From Candidatus Eremiobacteria bacterium (GTDB lineage: Bacteria > Vulcanimicrobiota > Vulcanimicrobiia > Vulcanimicrobiales > Vulcanimicrobiaceae): a stretch of 64,000 nt of DNA. Shown here one piece after another: positions 52,199 to 62,377 of the stretch (positions are counted from its first letter, which is position 1; each line of letters begins with the position of its first letter). Position numbers and translations under genes: made by a program. The stretch spans positions 1,408,001 through 1,472,000 of the forward strand of contig CAVTRC010000001.1 of the NCBI GenBank assembly GCA_963737065.1, read 5' to 3'. Under the pieces are notes generated by a model. That model saw only the letters and a list, made by a program, of their open reading frames with translations, did not search any database and was not told where the DNA came from.

Positions 52199-53769
52199 TG
52201 CAGGAAGTAGCGGTAACTCGAAAATACGAGCGCGACGCCGACGCGGTCGGCGGCGGCGATCACTTCTTCGTCACGCACGGAACCGCCGGGCGCAATGATC
52301 GCCGTACATCCGTCCCGTGCTGCCGCTTCCACGCCGTCGGCGAAAGGAAAGAATCCGTCGCTCGCACACGCGGCTCCGCGCGCCCAATCGCCGGCGCGAT
52401 GTGCCGCAATTTGGACGGCGCTGACGCGATTCGTCTGGCCGGCGCAGATGCCGCGCGTCGTGCCTTCTTTCACGATGACGATGCCGTTCGATTTCACATG
52501 GCGCACGACGTCCCACGCAAACGCGACGTCGTACCACTCTTGTGCGCTCGGCTGACGCCGTGAAACGACCGTCCACGCTTCGGCCTCCGCCGCGGGATCA
52601 TCGTCTTCCGCGAGTACGCCGCCCAGTGCACTGCGGACACGCAGTTCGTCGGCAAGCTCATCGGGAAGCGAAGGAACGAAGCGCATCACACGCAGATTTT
52701 TTTTCTTCCGCAGCATCGCAAGCGCCTCATCGTCGAAACGGGGCGCGGCGACAATTTCAAGGAAAAACTTTGACAGCGATTCCGCCGCGGCGCCGTCGAT
52801 CGCCGCATCGGTCGCAACGATTCCCCCGAATGCAGAAACGGGATCTGCCTGGAGCGCATCGTCGATCGCTTTGCCGACCGTCGAGCGCTGCGATACCCCG
52901 CACGGCACCGTGTGCTTCACGACCACCGCGCGCACGAAACGCTCGTGCTCGCTGCCGAACTCCGCGCCGAGCGGTGCGCGCGAAAGCAGACGCAATGTTG
53001 CGTCGAGATCAAGCAGGTTGTTGTATGAGAGAGCTTTACCGTGGAGCTGTGCCGGTAAACGTTCCGGTCGATCGAGATAGAACGCTGCGCGGTTCTGCGG
53101 ATTGGTGCCGTACCGCAGCCGTTGCGAAAGCGGCAGCGTGAGCGCAAGCGCACCCGGCAGCTCGCTTGGAAGAAATTCGCCCTTCGTCCCGAGATAATGC
53201 GATATGGCGACGTCGTACTCTGCTGTACGTTCGAACGCGGCAACTGCAAAGTCACGGCGCATGGAAACGGGTACGGCGCCGGCGGTAAATGCTTCCAAGA
53301 ATTCGGCATACTGCGATGGATGCGTGAGGACGCATACATGGGCAAAGTTCTTCGCCGACGCGCGCAACAACGAAACGCCGCCGATATCGATCTGTTCGAT
53401 GGCCTCGGCAAGCGTCGTGCCTTCTCGCGCAACCGTCTCTTCGAAAGGATACAGATTCACGACGACGGTCGTGATCGGCGCGATTGCATATTTTTCTGCT
53501 TGCGCCCGATGCTCGGCGTTGCCGCGATCGTAGAGGATCGCGCCGAAAACCTTCGGGTGCAGCGTCTTTACGCGGCCGTCGAAAAGCGCCGGGAACCCCG
53601 TCATCTGCTCGACGTCGTACGCAGGAATCCCGAAATCTTCGAGATGCTTTTTCGTTCCGCCGGTTGCGTAGATCACCGTCCCCGCGTCGTGCAGCGCCTT
53701 CGCTAATTCGACGGATCCCGCTTTATCGGACAGCGAAAACAGGGCAGCCGGTTTTGAGGTATCAGGCAA
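52195..53769 (-). CDS. purH: bifunctional AICAR transformylase/IMP cyclohydrolase
   Basis: GRVKTLHP, IDIGG, LRYGTNP, HVKSN, ASDGFFPF. Confidence 0.96.
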   Translation of the reverse strand: MPDTSKPAALFSLSDKAGSVELAKALHDAGTVIYATGGTKKHLEDFGIPAYDVEQMTGFPALFDGRVKTLHPKVFGAILYDRGNAEHRAQAEKYAIAPITTVVVNLYPFEETVAREGTTLAEAIEQIDIGGVSLLRASAKNFAHVCVLTHPSQYAEFLEAFTAGAVPVSMRRDFAVAAFERTAEYDVAISHYLGTKGEFLPSELPGALALTLPLSQRLRYGTNPQNRAAFYLDRPERLPAQLHGKALSYNNLLDLDATLRLLSRAPLGAEFGSEHERFVRAVVVKHTVPCGVSQRSTVGKAIDDALQADPVSAFGGIVATDAAIDGAAAESLSKFFLEIVAAPRFDDEALAMLRKKKNLRVMRFVPSLPDELADELRVRSALGGVLAEDDDPAAEAEAWTVVSRRQPSAQEWYDVAFAWDVVRHVKSNGIVIVKEGTTRGICAGQTNRVSAVQIAAHRAGDWARGAACASDGFFPFADGVEAAARDGCTAIIAPGGSVRDEEVIAAADRVGVALVFSSYRYFLH

Positions 53770-56700
53770 GCGCGAGCTCCGGATGGCGCTTTTCGTGCTG
53801 CGTCAGCGTCGCAGCGATAATCGACGATACGCCGGGCTCTTTCATCGTGATGCCGTACATGCGATCGGCGAGTTCCATGGTCTTCTTGTTGTGGGTGACG
53901 ATAATCATTTGTGCGTTGGCCGCAAGTTCGCGCACGATCGTCGAGAAACGCTCGACGTTTGCGTCATCGAGCGCTGCATCGACTTCGTCGAGCAGGTAGA
54001 ACGGCGAAGGCTTCACGTCGATCAGCGCAAAGATCAGCGCCGCCGCGGTCATCGCGCGTTCGCCGCCGGAAAGCGCCGTAAGCGGCATCAGTTTTTTGCC
54101 GGGCGGCTGCACCGACATCTCAATGCCGGTCTCGGAAAGATTCTCGCGATTCGTCTGCCACATCTTGGCCTGACCGCCGGGAAAGAGCTTCGCGTACATT
54201 TCCGTAAACGCGGCCGACACTTTGTCGAACGTTTCGTTGAACTGCTCTTGGCTCTGCGCTTCGATTTCTTTGATCGACTGCAGCAGCGTTTCACGCGCGG
54301 CGGCCAGGTCTTCGAGTTGCGTACGCAAGAACGTTTCGCGCTCGGCAACGTCTTGGCGTTCGGCCTCGGCGTTGAGGTTTACGTTGGCCGAGAGACGCGC
54401 CAGTTCTTCGCGCAGACGCGGCAGATCTTCCATCACCGCGTCGGATTCTTCGCCGTACCGTTGCTCGACGTCGCGACACTCGTCATCCGTCGCGGGATTC
54501 TGGGCGAATTGCGAGACGAGCATGCCGAGTTCGGCTTCGATCTCCGCAAGGCGCATGCGATGGCGTTCCCCGCCCGCGGCCGCTTCGCGTTCGTCGTTTT
54601 CCGCAGAACGTAAATCTGATTCGAACCGCAAGAGATCGTTCGCCATCGTTTCGCGCTCACGGCGCGCCGCATCGAGCTTGACGTCGAAGTCCGCAACACC
54701 ATGACGCAAGCCTTCGACATGTTCGTGCGAAGTGCGCGTCTGTTCGGCGAGCGCGCCGATTTCCGCCAACATTTGCTCGCGTGCGACCCGCGCGCGTTCG
54801 CTGTCTTGATCGAGCATACCGAGACGGCCTCTGGCCGCGTCGCGCTCGGCAGTAAGCGCGGCGGCACGTTCGCGCAGATCGCTCGCATGGCGGCTGGCGT
54901 CGCTCTGCGCGCGTTCCGCATCGGTGATCTCCTGGCGCGCACGCGCAAGTTCTGCCTCGAGACGCTGCCGCTCTTCGTCGCTGTGCACGGCATCCGGTTC
55001 GGGCGCGTCCAGCTCGCGTCCGCGCAACCGCGCATCCTGCGATTGTGCGACGAGTTCGGTGACGCGCGCTTGCGCCGCGCTCACTTCGGCCTGCATGCGC
55101 TCCAGGTCGCTCCCAAGCGCGGCCATCTCGGAACGCAACTCGGCGGCCTGCACTTCGATGCCCTGGAGCGTTTCGCGAGCAGCGTCACGTGCCGTAATCG
55201 AGGCTTCAGCGCGCCCGCTCGCCTCGTACGCTACGCGCTCCAACTCTTCGAGTTTCGCGCGCATTCCGGTAAGCGTTTCACGCAACGTCTGTGCTTGCAC
55301 GCGCCGAGCCAGAATCGACTTTTCGCGTCGAAAACGGCCGCCCGTGATCGCACCGCCGCCAGTAATCTGTTCGCCGGAAAGCGTGACGATCGTGTCGCGG
55401 AATCCGCGGCCGCGAACGAGCGCAATGCCGGTCTGCAGCGTATCGACGATTAGGACGTTGCCGACGAGGAAACGCACGATGCCTTCGTATTGCGGCTGCG
55501 TGCGAACGAGTGCGTGCGCGTAGCCGATCACGCCGTGGGTCCCGTGCAGCTCCGGCGTCATGTGCTTTGCTTCACGGTTAGCGAGTGTATCGAGCGGAAG
55601 GAGCGTCGCACGTCCCGACTCGTTGCGATTAAGAAACTCGATTGCGCGTTCCGCGTCTTCGGACGTCTTTGTAATGATGTTCGAAAGACGCGCACCGAAC
55701 GCAACGTCGAGTGCGCGCGCGTAGCGCTCGTCGGTCGTGATGAGGTTCGAAACGATGCCCTCGATGCCGCCGAGCTCGTTGCGCTGCCACGCTTCGATCA
55801 CCGCGCGCGTGCCCGGCACGTGACCCTCGAGCGACGCTTCGAGTTCTTCGATCGTGTGCAGACGCGACTCGGCAGCCTTCACTTCGCCGGTGTGTTCCCG
55901 ATGCGCCGCAAGGGAACGTGCGAGATGTTCCTGCGCCGCGATGACGGCCGCTTCCGCCGAATCGACGTGTGCGCGCGCTCGCGAAAGCTGCTGTTCGAGC
56001 GCTCCGAGTTGCGCTTCGCGTTCCGTATAACGCTGCGTCGCCGAGCCGGCTTTCATCTCGAGTTGCGCGGTGCGCTCGCGCGCTGCGTGGAGTTCGCCTT
56101 CGAGACGCTCGGCTTCGGCACGCAGATTCTCGCCCTGCACGCGGCGTTCGGCCTTCTTCGCGGCCATCGCGGCGGCCGTCGCTTCGACCTTGCGCAGCTG
56201 CGTGAAAATCGCGTCCAGCTGTGCGCGCGCTTGAGCGAGCGCGGTTTGCGTTTGCAACTCGCCTTGCCGCGACGCTTCCACGTCGCTCGCGAGCGGCGCT
56301 AAACGCTCTTCCAATTGTGCGATCGTCGCGCCGAGTGATTCGCGCTCGCCTTGCACGCGTGCGGCGTCTTCGTGGGTTTGCGTCGACTGCGCCTCGAGTG
56401 TTTCGCGGCGCGCCAGCGCCGCCGCGTAATCGGCTTCGATCCGCGCGAGCTCGCCCCGTTTGCTCTGCCCGTGCGAGCGGATCTCTTCGAGCTGTAACTC
56501 TTGCTGATACGCACGAGTTCGCAGCTCGGTGAGATTAGCGGCCAGTTTCGCTACGCGCGCGGCGGCGGCGCTACGTACTTCTTCTTGCTTCTCGAGGTCA
56601 ACGCGTAGCGTTTCGCGTTCGCTGCGGCGCGACGCGCTTGCGCGCATGTAGGAGAGAATTTCGAGGTCGCGCACGCGTGCGCTTAGCTTGCGGTAGCGCT

Positions 56701-57337
56701 TTGCGCGGCGTACTTGCGTATCGAGCTCCGGGACCCGGCGCTCGAGTTCTGCGATCAGGTCGTTGATGCGAATGCCGTTTTGTTCCGTCTGCTCGAGTCG
56801 GCGCATCGATTCATGTTTGCGGGCGAGAAATTTGTTGATACCGGCGGTCTCTTCGAAGAGCGCGCGGCGTTCCGTCGGTTTGCTCGTCAGAATCGCGTCG
56901 ATCTGGCCTTGCGAAACGATCGAATACGACCCCGGGCCGAGACCCGTGCCCATCAGCAGCTCGACGATATCTTTCAGGCGCACCTGATTGCGATTGATGA
57001 AGTACTCGCTCTCGCCGGCGCGATACGTGCGTCGCGTGATTTCGACTTCGCGGTACTCCGTGGGCAGTTTGCCGTCTTGGTTGTCGAAGTTCATCGAAAT
57101 CTCGGCCATACCGAGCGGCTTGCGCTTGTCGTTGCCGGCAAAGATTACGTCTTCGAGCTTTCCGGAACGCAGCTGACGGCTCGATGTCTCGCCGAGCACC
57201 CAGCGGAACGCGTCGACCAGGTTCGATTTTCCCGAACCATTGGGCCCGACGATGGCCGTGATGCCGTCCGAAAAATCGAGCGACGTTGCGTCCGCGAACG
57301 TCTTGAACCCAAACGCTTTGATCTTTTTTAATTTCAT
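53762..57337 (-). CDS. smc: chromosome segregation protein SMC
   Basis: GFKTF, GPNGSGKSN, coiled coils, hinge, LSGGE, LDEVDAALD. ATG at 57337. Confidence 0.97.
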   Translation of the reverse strand: MKLKKIKAFGFKTFADATSLDFSDGITAIVGPNGSGKSNLVDAFRWVLGETSSRQLRSGKLEDVIFAGNDKRKPLGMAEISMNFDNQDGKLPTEYREVEITRRTYRAGESEYFINRNQVRLKDIVELLMGTGLGPGSYSIVSQGQIDAILTSKPTERRALFEETAGINKFLARKHESMRRLEQTEQNGIRINDLIAELERRVPELDTQVRRAKRYRKLSARVRDLEILSYMRASASRRSERETLRVDLEKQEEVRSAAAARVAKLAANLTELRTRAYQQELQLEEIRSHGQSKRGELARIEADYAAALARRETLEAQSTQTHEDAARVQGERESLGATIAQLEERLAPLASDVEASRQGELQTQTALAQARAQLDAIFTQLRKVEATAAAMAAKKAERRVQGENLRAEAERLEGELHAARERTAQLEMKAGSATQRYTEREAQLGALEQQLSRARAHVDSAEAAVIAAQEHLARSLAAHREHTGEVKAAESRLHTIEELEASLEGHVPGTRAVIEAWQRNELGGIEGIVSNLITTDERYARALDVAFGARLSNIITKTSEDAERAIEFLNRNESGRATLLPLDTLANREAKHMTPELHGTHGVIGYAHALVRTQPQYEGIVRFLVGNVLIVDTLQTGIALVRGRGFRDTIVTLSGEQITGGGAITGGRFRREKSILARRVQAQTLRETLTGMRAKLEELERVAYEASGRAEASITARDAARETLQGIEVQAAELRSEMAALGSDLERMQAEVSAAQARVTELVAQSQDARLRGRELDAPEPDAVHSDEERQRLEAELARARQEITDAERAQSDASRHASDLRERAAALTAERDAARGRLGMLDQDSERARVAREQMLAEIGALAEQTRTSHEHVEGLRHGVADFDVKLDAARRERETMANDLLRFESDLRSAENDEREAAAGGERHRMRLAEIEAELGMLVSQFAQNPATDDECRDVEQRYGEESDAVMEDLPRLREELARLSANVNLNAEAERQDVAERETFLRTQLEDLAAARETLLQSIKEIEAQSQEQFNETFDKVSAAFTEMYAKLFPGGQAKMWQTNRENLSETGIEMSVQPPGKKLMPLTALSGGERAMTAAALIFALIDVKPSPFYLLDEVDAALDDANVERFSTIVRELAANAQMIIVTHNKKTMELADRMYGITMKEPGVSSIIAATLTQHEKRHPELALA

Positions 57338-57404
57338 TCTTACAGGCGCTCCGCGCTGCGCGCTGCGCGCAGGGCTCCCCGATTTAGCGTCATGCGGCCT
57401 AACA

Positions 57405-58118
57405 TCACAGCGAATCCTTGACGGCGTGGTCGAGTAACAGCGACAAAGCCGCCTCAGCGGCGGCCTGTTGCGCCGCCTTCTTCGATGCGCCCGTGCCGGT
57501 TCCCAACGTCTTTCCGTTGACAATGACGTCCGAGCGGAATTTCGGCATTTGCGGCGTGCCTTCGCTGCGCTCGCGGTAGCTCGGCGTAGCGGAAAGGTGC
57601 TCCTGCGTAAAATGCTGCAATCGCGTTTTGGCGTCCACGAGCGGGTCGGGTGCGTGATTGAGTGCTTTCACGTGCTCGTCGAGGACAAAGCGCGCCGCCT
57701 TGTCGTGCCCGTAGCGCAGCTCCAGCGCGGCAACGAACGCTTCGAACGCATCGGCGAGAATCGAAGTGTTCTCGCTTCCGCCGGCTCCACGCATTCCCGC
57801 GCCGAGCTGAACGAGCTCGGGAAAATCGAGCCGCCGCGCCGTCTGCGCGAGCTCAGCATCATTGACAATGGCCGCTTTGCGCAATGTGAGCCGGCCCTCC
57901 GGCTCATCGGGATAGCGTTCGAAGAGCCACCGCGCGGTGATTGCACCGAGAATCGAATCCCCGAGGTACTCCATGCGCTCGTTCGACACGCCGCCGTGCT
58001 CCTTTGCGTAGCTTTCGTGAACGAACGCTTGCTCGACCAGCGTCAGATCGCCGGCGACGCGAACGCCCGCGCGCCGTAACAGCGCGCGCAATCGCCGCCG
58101 GTGCACTTCGCCGCTCAT
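57405..58118 (-). CDS. rnc: ribonuclease III
   Basis: NERMEYLGD, ADAFEA, C-terminal dsRBD. Confidence 0.95.
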   Translation of the reverse strand: MSGEVHRRRLRALLRRAGVRVAGDLTLVEQAFVHESYAKEHGGVSNERMEYLGDSILGAITARWLFERYPDEPEGRLTLRKAAIVNDAELAQTARRLDFPELVQLGAGMRGAGGSENTSILADAFEAFVAALELRYGHDKAARFVLDEHVKALNHAPDPLVDAKTRLQHFTQEHLSATPSYRERSEGTPQMPKFRSDVIVNGKTLGTGTGASKKAAQQAAAEAALSLLLDHAVKDSL

Positions 58119-58128
58119 CTTGAAGCTG

Positions 58129-59376
58129 TTAACGAACCTTTCCGAACACGATCACGCTGTTGTGTCCGCCGAAACCGAACGAATTGCTGAACGCGACGCT
58201 TACGTCGGCCTTTCGCGCGACGTTTGGTACATAATCGAGCGCGCATTCCGGATCGGGAAATTCGTAATTGATCGTGGGCGGGACAACACCGTCATGCACC
58301 GTCATCACCGTCGCCACGCCCTCGAGACCGCCGGCCGCACCGAGTGCATGGCCGTGCATCGATTTCGTCGAGCTCACCGCGAGGCGCGGATGCTCGCCGA
58401 AGACTTTTTGAATCGCCTGCGATTCCGCAATGTCGCCGAGCGGCGTGGACGTGCCGTGCGCGTTCACGTAGTCGACGTCGCCGGGTTTGAGTTGTGCCGA
58501 ATCGAGCGCACGTTGCAACGCGAGGATCACACCGTTGCCGTCGGGATCGGGCGCCACGATGTTGTACGCGTCGGCCGATTGTCCGTATCCGAGCACTTCG
58601 CAATAAATCTTTGCGCCGCGCGCTTTCGCGTGCTCGTACTCCTCGAACACCAAAATCCCCGCGCCCTCGCCCAGCACGAAACCATCGCGTTCCTTATCGA
58701 ACGGACGCGAGGCTTTCGTCGGGTCGTCGTTACGAGTCGACATCGCTTTCATCGAGCAAAATCCGCCGACGGCGAGCGGTGAAATGCACGCTTCCGTTCC
58801 GCCGGTCAGCATCGCGAGCGCATCGCCGTACGACACGGCGTTGTACGCGGTGACGATCGCATCGTTTGCCGACGCGCATGCGCTCGCGGTTGCAAAGAAC
58901 GGCCCGCGAAAGCCGTACCTCATCGAAATGTGGGCGGGTGCGGCGTTCGCCATCAGCATCGGGATAAAGAAGGGCGAGGTCTTCACCCAGTTCCCGTTTT
59001 GCGCCGCCTTCTCGGACTCGTACCAGAATGTTTGGATGCCGCCGATTCCCGTGCCGATCACTGCGCCGACGCGATCTTTAAAGGATTGATCGTCCGGGAA
59101 CGCCGCATCGGCGATCGCTTCTTTCGCCGCGACGAGTGCGTATTGCGAGAACCGATCCAGGCGCCGCGCCTCTTTTTTTCCGACCAGCTCATCAGCGTTG
59201 AAGTCTTTCACTTCCGCAGCGATGCGCGTGGTGAACAACGTGGCATCGAACACGGTAATCGGCCCCACGCCCGACTCGCCGGCTACGATCCGCCGCCAAA
59301 ACTCGGGAGCCGAATTTCCGAGGGGCGTGACGGCGCCAAGGCCCGTCACGACTACACGTCGCTTATCCAAAACCAC
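58129..59376 (-). CDS. fabF: beta-ketoacyl-ACP synthase II
   Basis: VVVTGLG, SACAS, NAHGTST, SNSFGFGGHN. Confidence 0.96.
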   Translation of the reverse strand: MVLDKRRVVVTGLGAVTPLGNSAPEFWRRIVAGESGVGPITVFDATLFTTRIAAEVKDFNADELVGKKEARRLDRFSQYALVAAKEAIADAAFPDDQSFKDRVGAVIGTGIGGIQTFWYESEKAAQNGNWVKTSPFFIPMLMANAAPAHISMRYGFRGPFFATASACASANDAIVTAYNAVSYGDALAMLTGGTEACISPLAVGGFCSMKAMSTRNDDPTKASRPFDKERDGFVLGEGAGILVFEEYEHAKARGAKIYCEVLGYGQSADAYNIVAPDPDGNGVILALQRALDSAQLKPGDVDYVNAHGTSTPLGDIAESQAIQKVFGEHPRLAVSSTKSMHGHALGAAGGLEGVATVMTVHDGVVPPTINYEFPDPECALDYVPNVARKADVSVAFSNSFGFGGHNSVIVFGKVR

Positions 59377-59436
59377 ACCAACTTACGGCGGTCCGCAGAC
59401 GGCCCCTTGTGACTGCGGTGGTAAGATGTACCTAGG

Positions 59437-59892
59437 ATGAGCCCCATTCGATTGACCGCCGGCTGGGTTGCTATCGCAATCTTGTCCGTAGCAGCAGTCC
59501 CCGCCCAGGCCGACCAGGTATTCTCCACGGTCTCGACTGGTGGGGTGCATGCGCGCGCGTCCGATCCGCCGTACCCGCTCGGCGACGTTTACTATGCTCC
59601 ATGCGGCTGGAACGGCACGTCGGGCCGTGGCTCACGGAACAGACGCCCGCGCCATACCGAACGAAACGGCGGCACGACGATCACGGGCGAGCGCTTCTAT
59701 CCGTATGATATTGCCTCGAACGGCGATCGCAGCGGTGGACGTCGCGGCCGGGGTCACGGCAATCAAAACGGCTACTGCTCGGGACCGATGTCGGGGTACA
59801 ACCCGCGGCCGACGCCCCGGCCCGGTTCGCGCAAGCCAGGACCGCCGCCGAGACGCTACGTCCCGCAGCCGTATGCGTCGCCACGGCGATAA
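59437..59892 (+). CDS. hypothetical exported Arg/Gly/Pro-rich protein
   Basis: Signal peptide ending AQA; TGG-TAAGAT -10-like element upstream. Confidence 0.6.
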   Translation: MSPIRLTAGWVAIAILSVAAVPAQADQVFSTVSTGGVHARASDPPYPLGDVYYAPCGWNGTSGRGSRNRRPRHTERNGGTTITGERFYPYDIASNGDRSGGRRGRGHGNQNGYCSGPMSGYNPRPTPRPGSRKPGPPPRRYVPQPYASPRR

Positions 59893-60065
59893 CGCGCGAA
59901 GGCGCCGTATGTGGCGATCAGACAATCCTTGCTGGCGGCACCTCGCTCTGGTCAGAATCCCGGCCTCGAGGCGCTGGCAGGCTTCTAACCAAGCGGCTTC
60001 TTTCTGGTTCATTGCACGCAGCTCGATGACGTTTGCTCCGCCGGTGGACATATCTACTTAGGGGA
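59890..60065 (-). mobile_element. IS remnant (ISNCY/IS481-like left end and truncated transposase HTH)
   Basis: [21 protein letters not shown]...GLSDRHIRRL from ATG 60012, preceded by CTAAGTAGATATGTCC, which resembles an ISNCY-type end motif. No catalytic domain follows. Confidence 0.55.
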
Positions 60066-60108
60066 AATCGGCCGGCTCTACCTCGGCCGATACGCAGCGT
60101 TGCAGTCC

Positions 60109-60138
60109 TTGCGCGGGGCGGCGACCCTTTGCTATACT
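60109..60138 (+). promoter_or_regulatory. sigma70-type promoter of rpmA
   Basis: TTGCGC-N18-TATACT with a TG extension; ATG 9 nt downstream. Confidence 0.6.
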
Positions 60139-60147
60139 CTCCCGGCT

Positions 60148-60432
60148 ATGTTCGTTTTCGATCTTCAACTTTTCGCATCCAAGAAGGGCGCCGGGTCCAC
60201 CCGTAACGGCCGCGATTCGAACGCGCAGCGCCTCGGTGTGAAGCGGTTCGGTGGTGAGCGCGTGCTCGCCGGCAACATCCTCGTGCGTCAACGCGGCACC
60301 AAGTTCTATCCAGGCGAGAACGTCGGAATCGGTACCGATCATACACTCTTCGCGCTTGTCGAAGGCACGGTTGAGTTTTCGCAGCGCCGCAACAAGAAGC
60401 ACATCAACGTTCGGCCGCTTAGCGCTGCGTAA
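60148..60432 (+). CDS. rpmA: 50S ribosomal protein L27 with N-terminal extension
   Basis: [31 protein letters not shown]. Confidence 0.97.
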   Translation: MFVFDLQLFASKKGAGSTRNGRDSNAQRLGVKRFGGERVLAGNILVRQRGTKFYPGENVGIGTDHTLFALVEGTVEFSQRRNKKHINVRPLSAA

Positions 60433-60456
60433 TCAGCTGCGGTTTCGTAAATGCAG

Positions 60457-60480
60457 AGGGCCGATTGCGGCCCTTTTTCT
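60457..60480 (+). terminator. intrinsic terminator after rpmA
   Basis: AGGGCCG-ATTG-CGGCCCT followed by TTTTCT. Confidence 0.65.
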
Positions 60481-60494
60481 ATTTCTGTAGCTGC

Positions 60495-61760
60495 ATGCAA
60501 TTCATCGACGAAGCCACGATCTCGGTCGCCGCCGGCAATGGCGGCGACGGCATCGTGGCATGGCGTCGCGAGAAATATATTCCAAAAGGCGGGCCGGCCG
60601 GCGGCGACGGCGGCCACGGTGGGAGCATCTACCTCGAAGCAACGCCCGAGCTCTCGACGCTCGTCGAATTTCGGTTCAAACGTCAGTTTTCGGCCGACGC
60701 GGGCAAACCGGGCGGGCAATCAAATAAATCGGGACGCAGCGGTGAAGATCTCACGATCGCAGTGCCGGTCGGCACGATCGTCTATCGCGCGCTCGAAGGC
60801 AAACCGGAAACGTTTCTGACCGATCTTGCGCAGCCCGGTGTTCGCGTCATCGTCGCGCGCGGCGGCAAAGGCGGACTCGGCAATCAACATTTTGCCACGA
60901 GCACGCGGCAGGCGCCGCGCATTGCATACCATGGCGAGCCGGGCGAACGCTGCACGCTGCGTTTGGAGCTTCGATTGCTTGCGGATTGCGGCGTTATCGG
61001 CGTCCCGAACGCCGGCAAATCAACGCTCCTCTCCGTGGTAAGCGCAGCGCGTCCGAAGATCGCGGACTATCCGTTCACGACGCTCGAACCGCAACTTGGC
61101 GTCGTGCGCGTCTCCGATGAAGAGTCGTTTTTTATGGTCGACGTGCCGGGCTTGATCGAGGGCGCGCATGAAGGCGCGGGACTCGGCGATCAATTTCTCA
61201 AGCACGTAGAACGCACGCGCGCGCTCGTGCATTTGCTCGACGGTGCAAAAGCGCTCGATGAGATACTGCGCGACAAAGAGACGATCGAACGCGAACTCGA
61301 CGCGTGGAATCCGAAGCTGCTCGAAAAACCAGCGCTCCTCGTCGTCAGTAAACTCGACTTGCCCGATGCGCGCGAACGCCTAGCGGAGTTGCGCGAACGG
61401 TTCGCCGGCGTGCGCGGGATCAGTTCGGCGACGCGCGAGGGCGTGCAAGACCTCGTCTACGCGATTTGGCAGACGATCAAAGATGCGCCGATGCCGGAAG
61501 TCGTGACGCCGCCGCCCGCGCAGATCGAACTCGTTCCGCGCGATGCGTTCGTCATCACGCGTGACGATAACGGCACCTTCGTCATTGCGGGCGAACGCAT
61601 CGAGCGCCTCGCGTCGATGACGAACTTCGAGTCCGAAGAAGCGCTCGCGCGTTTTGAACGAGCGCTTGCAAAGATGGGCGTCGAGAAGAAATTACGCGAA
61701 CTTGGCGCAGCGGAAGGGGATACCGTGCGTATCGGGCAGTACGAATTTACGTACTCATGA
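60495..61760 (+). CDS. obgE: GTPase ObgE/CgtA
   Basis: Gly-rich Obg fold, GVPNAGKST, YPFTT, DVPG, C-terminal OCT domain. Confidence 0.97.
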   Translation: MQFIDEATISVAAGNGGDGIVAWRREKYIPKGGPAGGDGGHGGSIYLEATPELSTLVEFRFKRQFSADAGKPGGQSNKSGRSGEDLTIAVPVGTIVYRALEGKPETFLTDLAQPGVRVIVARGGKGGLGNQHFATSTRQAPRIAYHGEPGERCTLRLELRLLADCGVIGVPNAGKSTLLSVVSAARPKIADYPFTTLEPQLGVVRVSDEESFFMVDVPGLIEGAHEGAGLGDQFLKHVERTRALVHLLDGAKALDEILRDKETIERELDAWNPKLLEKPALLVVSKLDLPDARERLAELRERFAGVRGISSATREGVQDLVYAIWQTIKDAPMPEVVTPPPAQIELVPRDAFVITRDDNGTFVIAGERIERLASMTNFESEEALARFERALAKMGVEKKLRELGAAEGDTVRIGQYEFTYS

Positions 61761-62377
61761 AGCTCGGTATCTTCGGTGGGACCTTTGATCCCATTCACAA
61801 CGCGCATTTGTTCCTTGCGGAATCCGCGCGGCTCATGGAGAACCTCGATCGCGTCCTGTTCGTGCCGACGAAGCTGCAACACTATCGTAACTCGGCGATC
61901 GAGAGCGCGGAGCACCGTTGCGCGATGGTGCTCGGTGCGATCGAATCAAACCCGGCTTTCGTGCTCGATGATTCCGATCTGCGCCCCGACGCGACCGGGT
62001 TCACCGCCGATCTGCTGCCGCGGTTGCATGCAAAGCACTCGGGCTCGACATTCACGTTTATCATCGGCGCGGATTCACTCGCGAGTTCGACGTGGGAACG
62101 CTTCCCGGAAGTACTCGAAAATCTCGAACGGTTCGTGATTGCACCGCGCCCCGGCGTCCGCGGCGAAGCGTTGCAACGTGTGATTTCCGCGGTGCCCAAA
62201 CACCTGCGCGAGCGGATTGCGACCCTCAACATGCCCGAGCTGCCCGAAAGCGCGACGCTCATTCGAACGCTCCTGTCGCAGGGACGCAGCGTACGGTATC
62301 TCGTACCGGAGGCGGTATGGCAGTACATCGTCGCGCACAAATTGTATGGCGTTGCGCCAGAACCGCTGCTGCGTTAA
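61757..62377 (+). CDS. nadD: nicotinate-nucleotide adenylyltransferase
   Basis: GIFGGTFDPIHNAH, IIGADS, SATLIR. Confidence 0.93.
   Translation: MKLGIFGGTFDPIHNAHLFLAESARLMENLDRVLFVPTKLQHYRNSAIESAEHRCAMVLGAIESNPAFVLDDSDLRPDATGFTADLLPRLHAKHSGSTFTFIIGADSLASSTWERFPEVLENLERFVIAPRPGVRGEALQRVISAVPKHLRERIATLNMPELPESATLIRTLLSQGRSVRYLVPEAVWQYIVAHKLYGVAPEPLLR

Noticed and set aside
53762..57337. Repetitive-looking sequence in smc
   Set aside because: Coiled-coil amino-acid bias, not DNA repeats.
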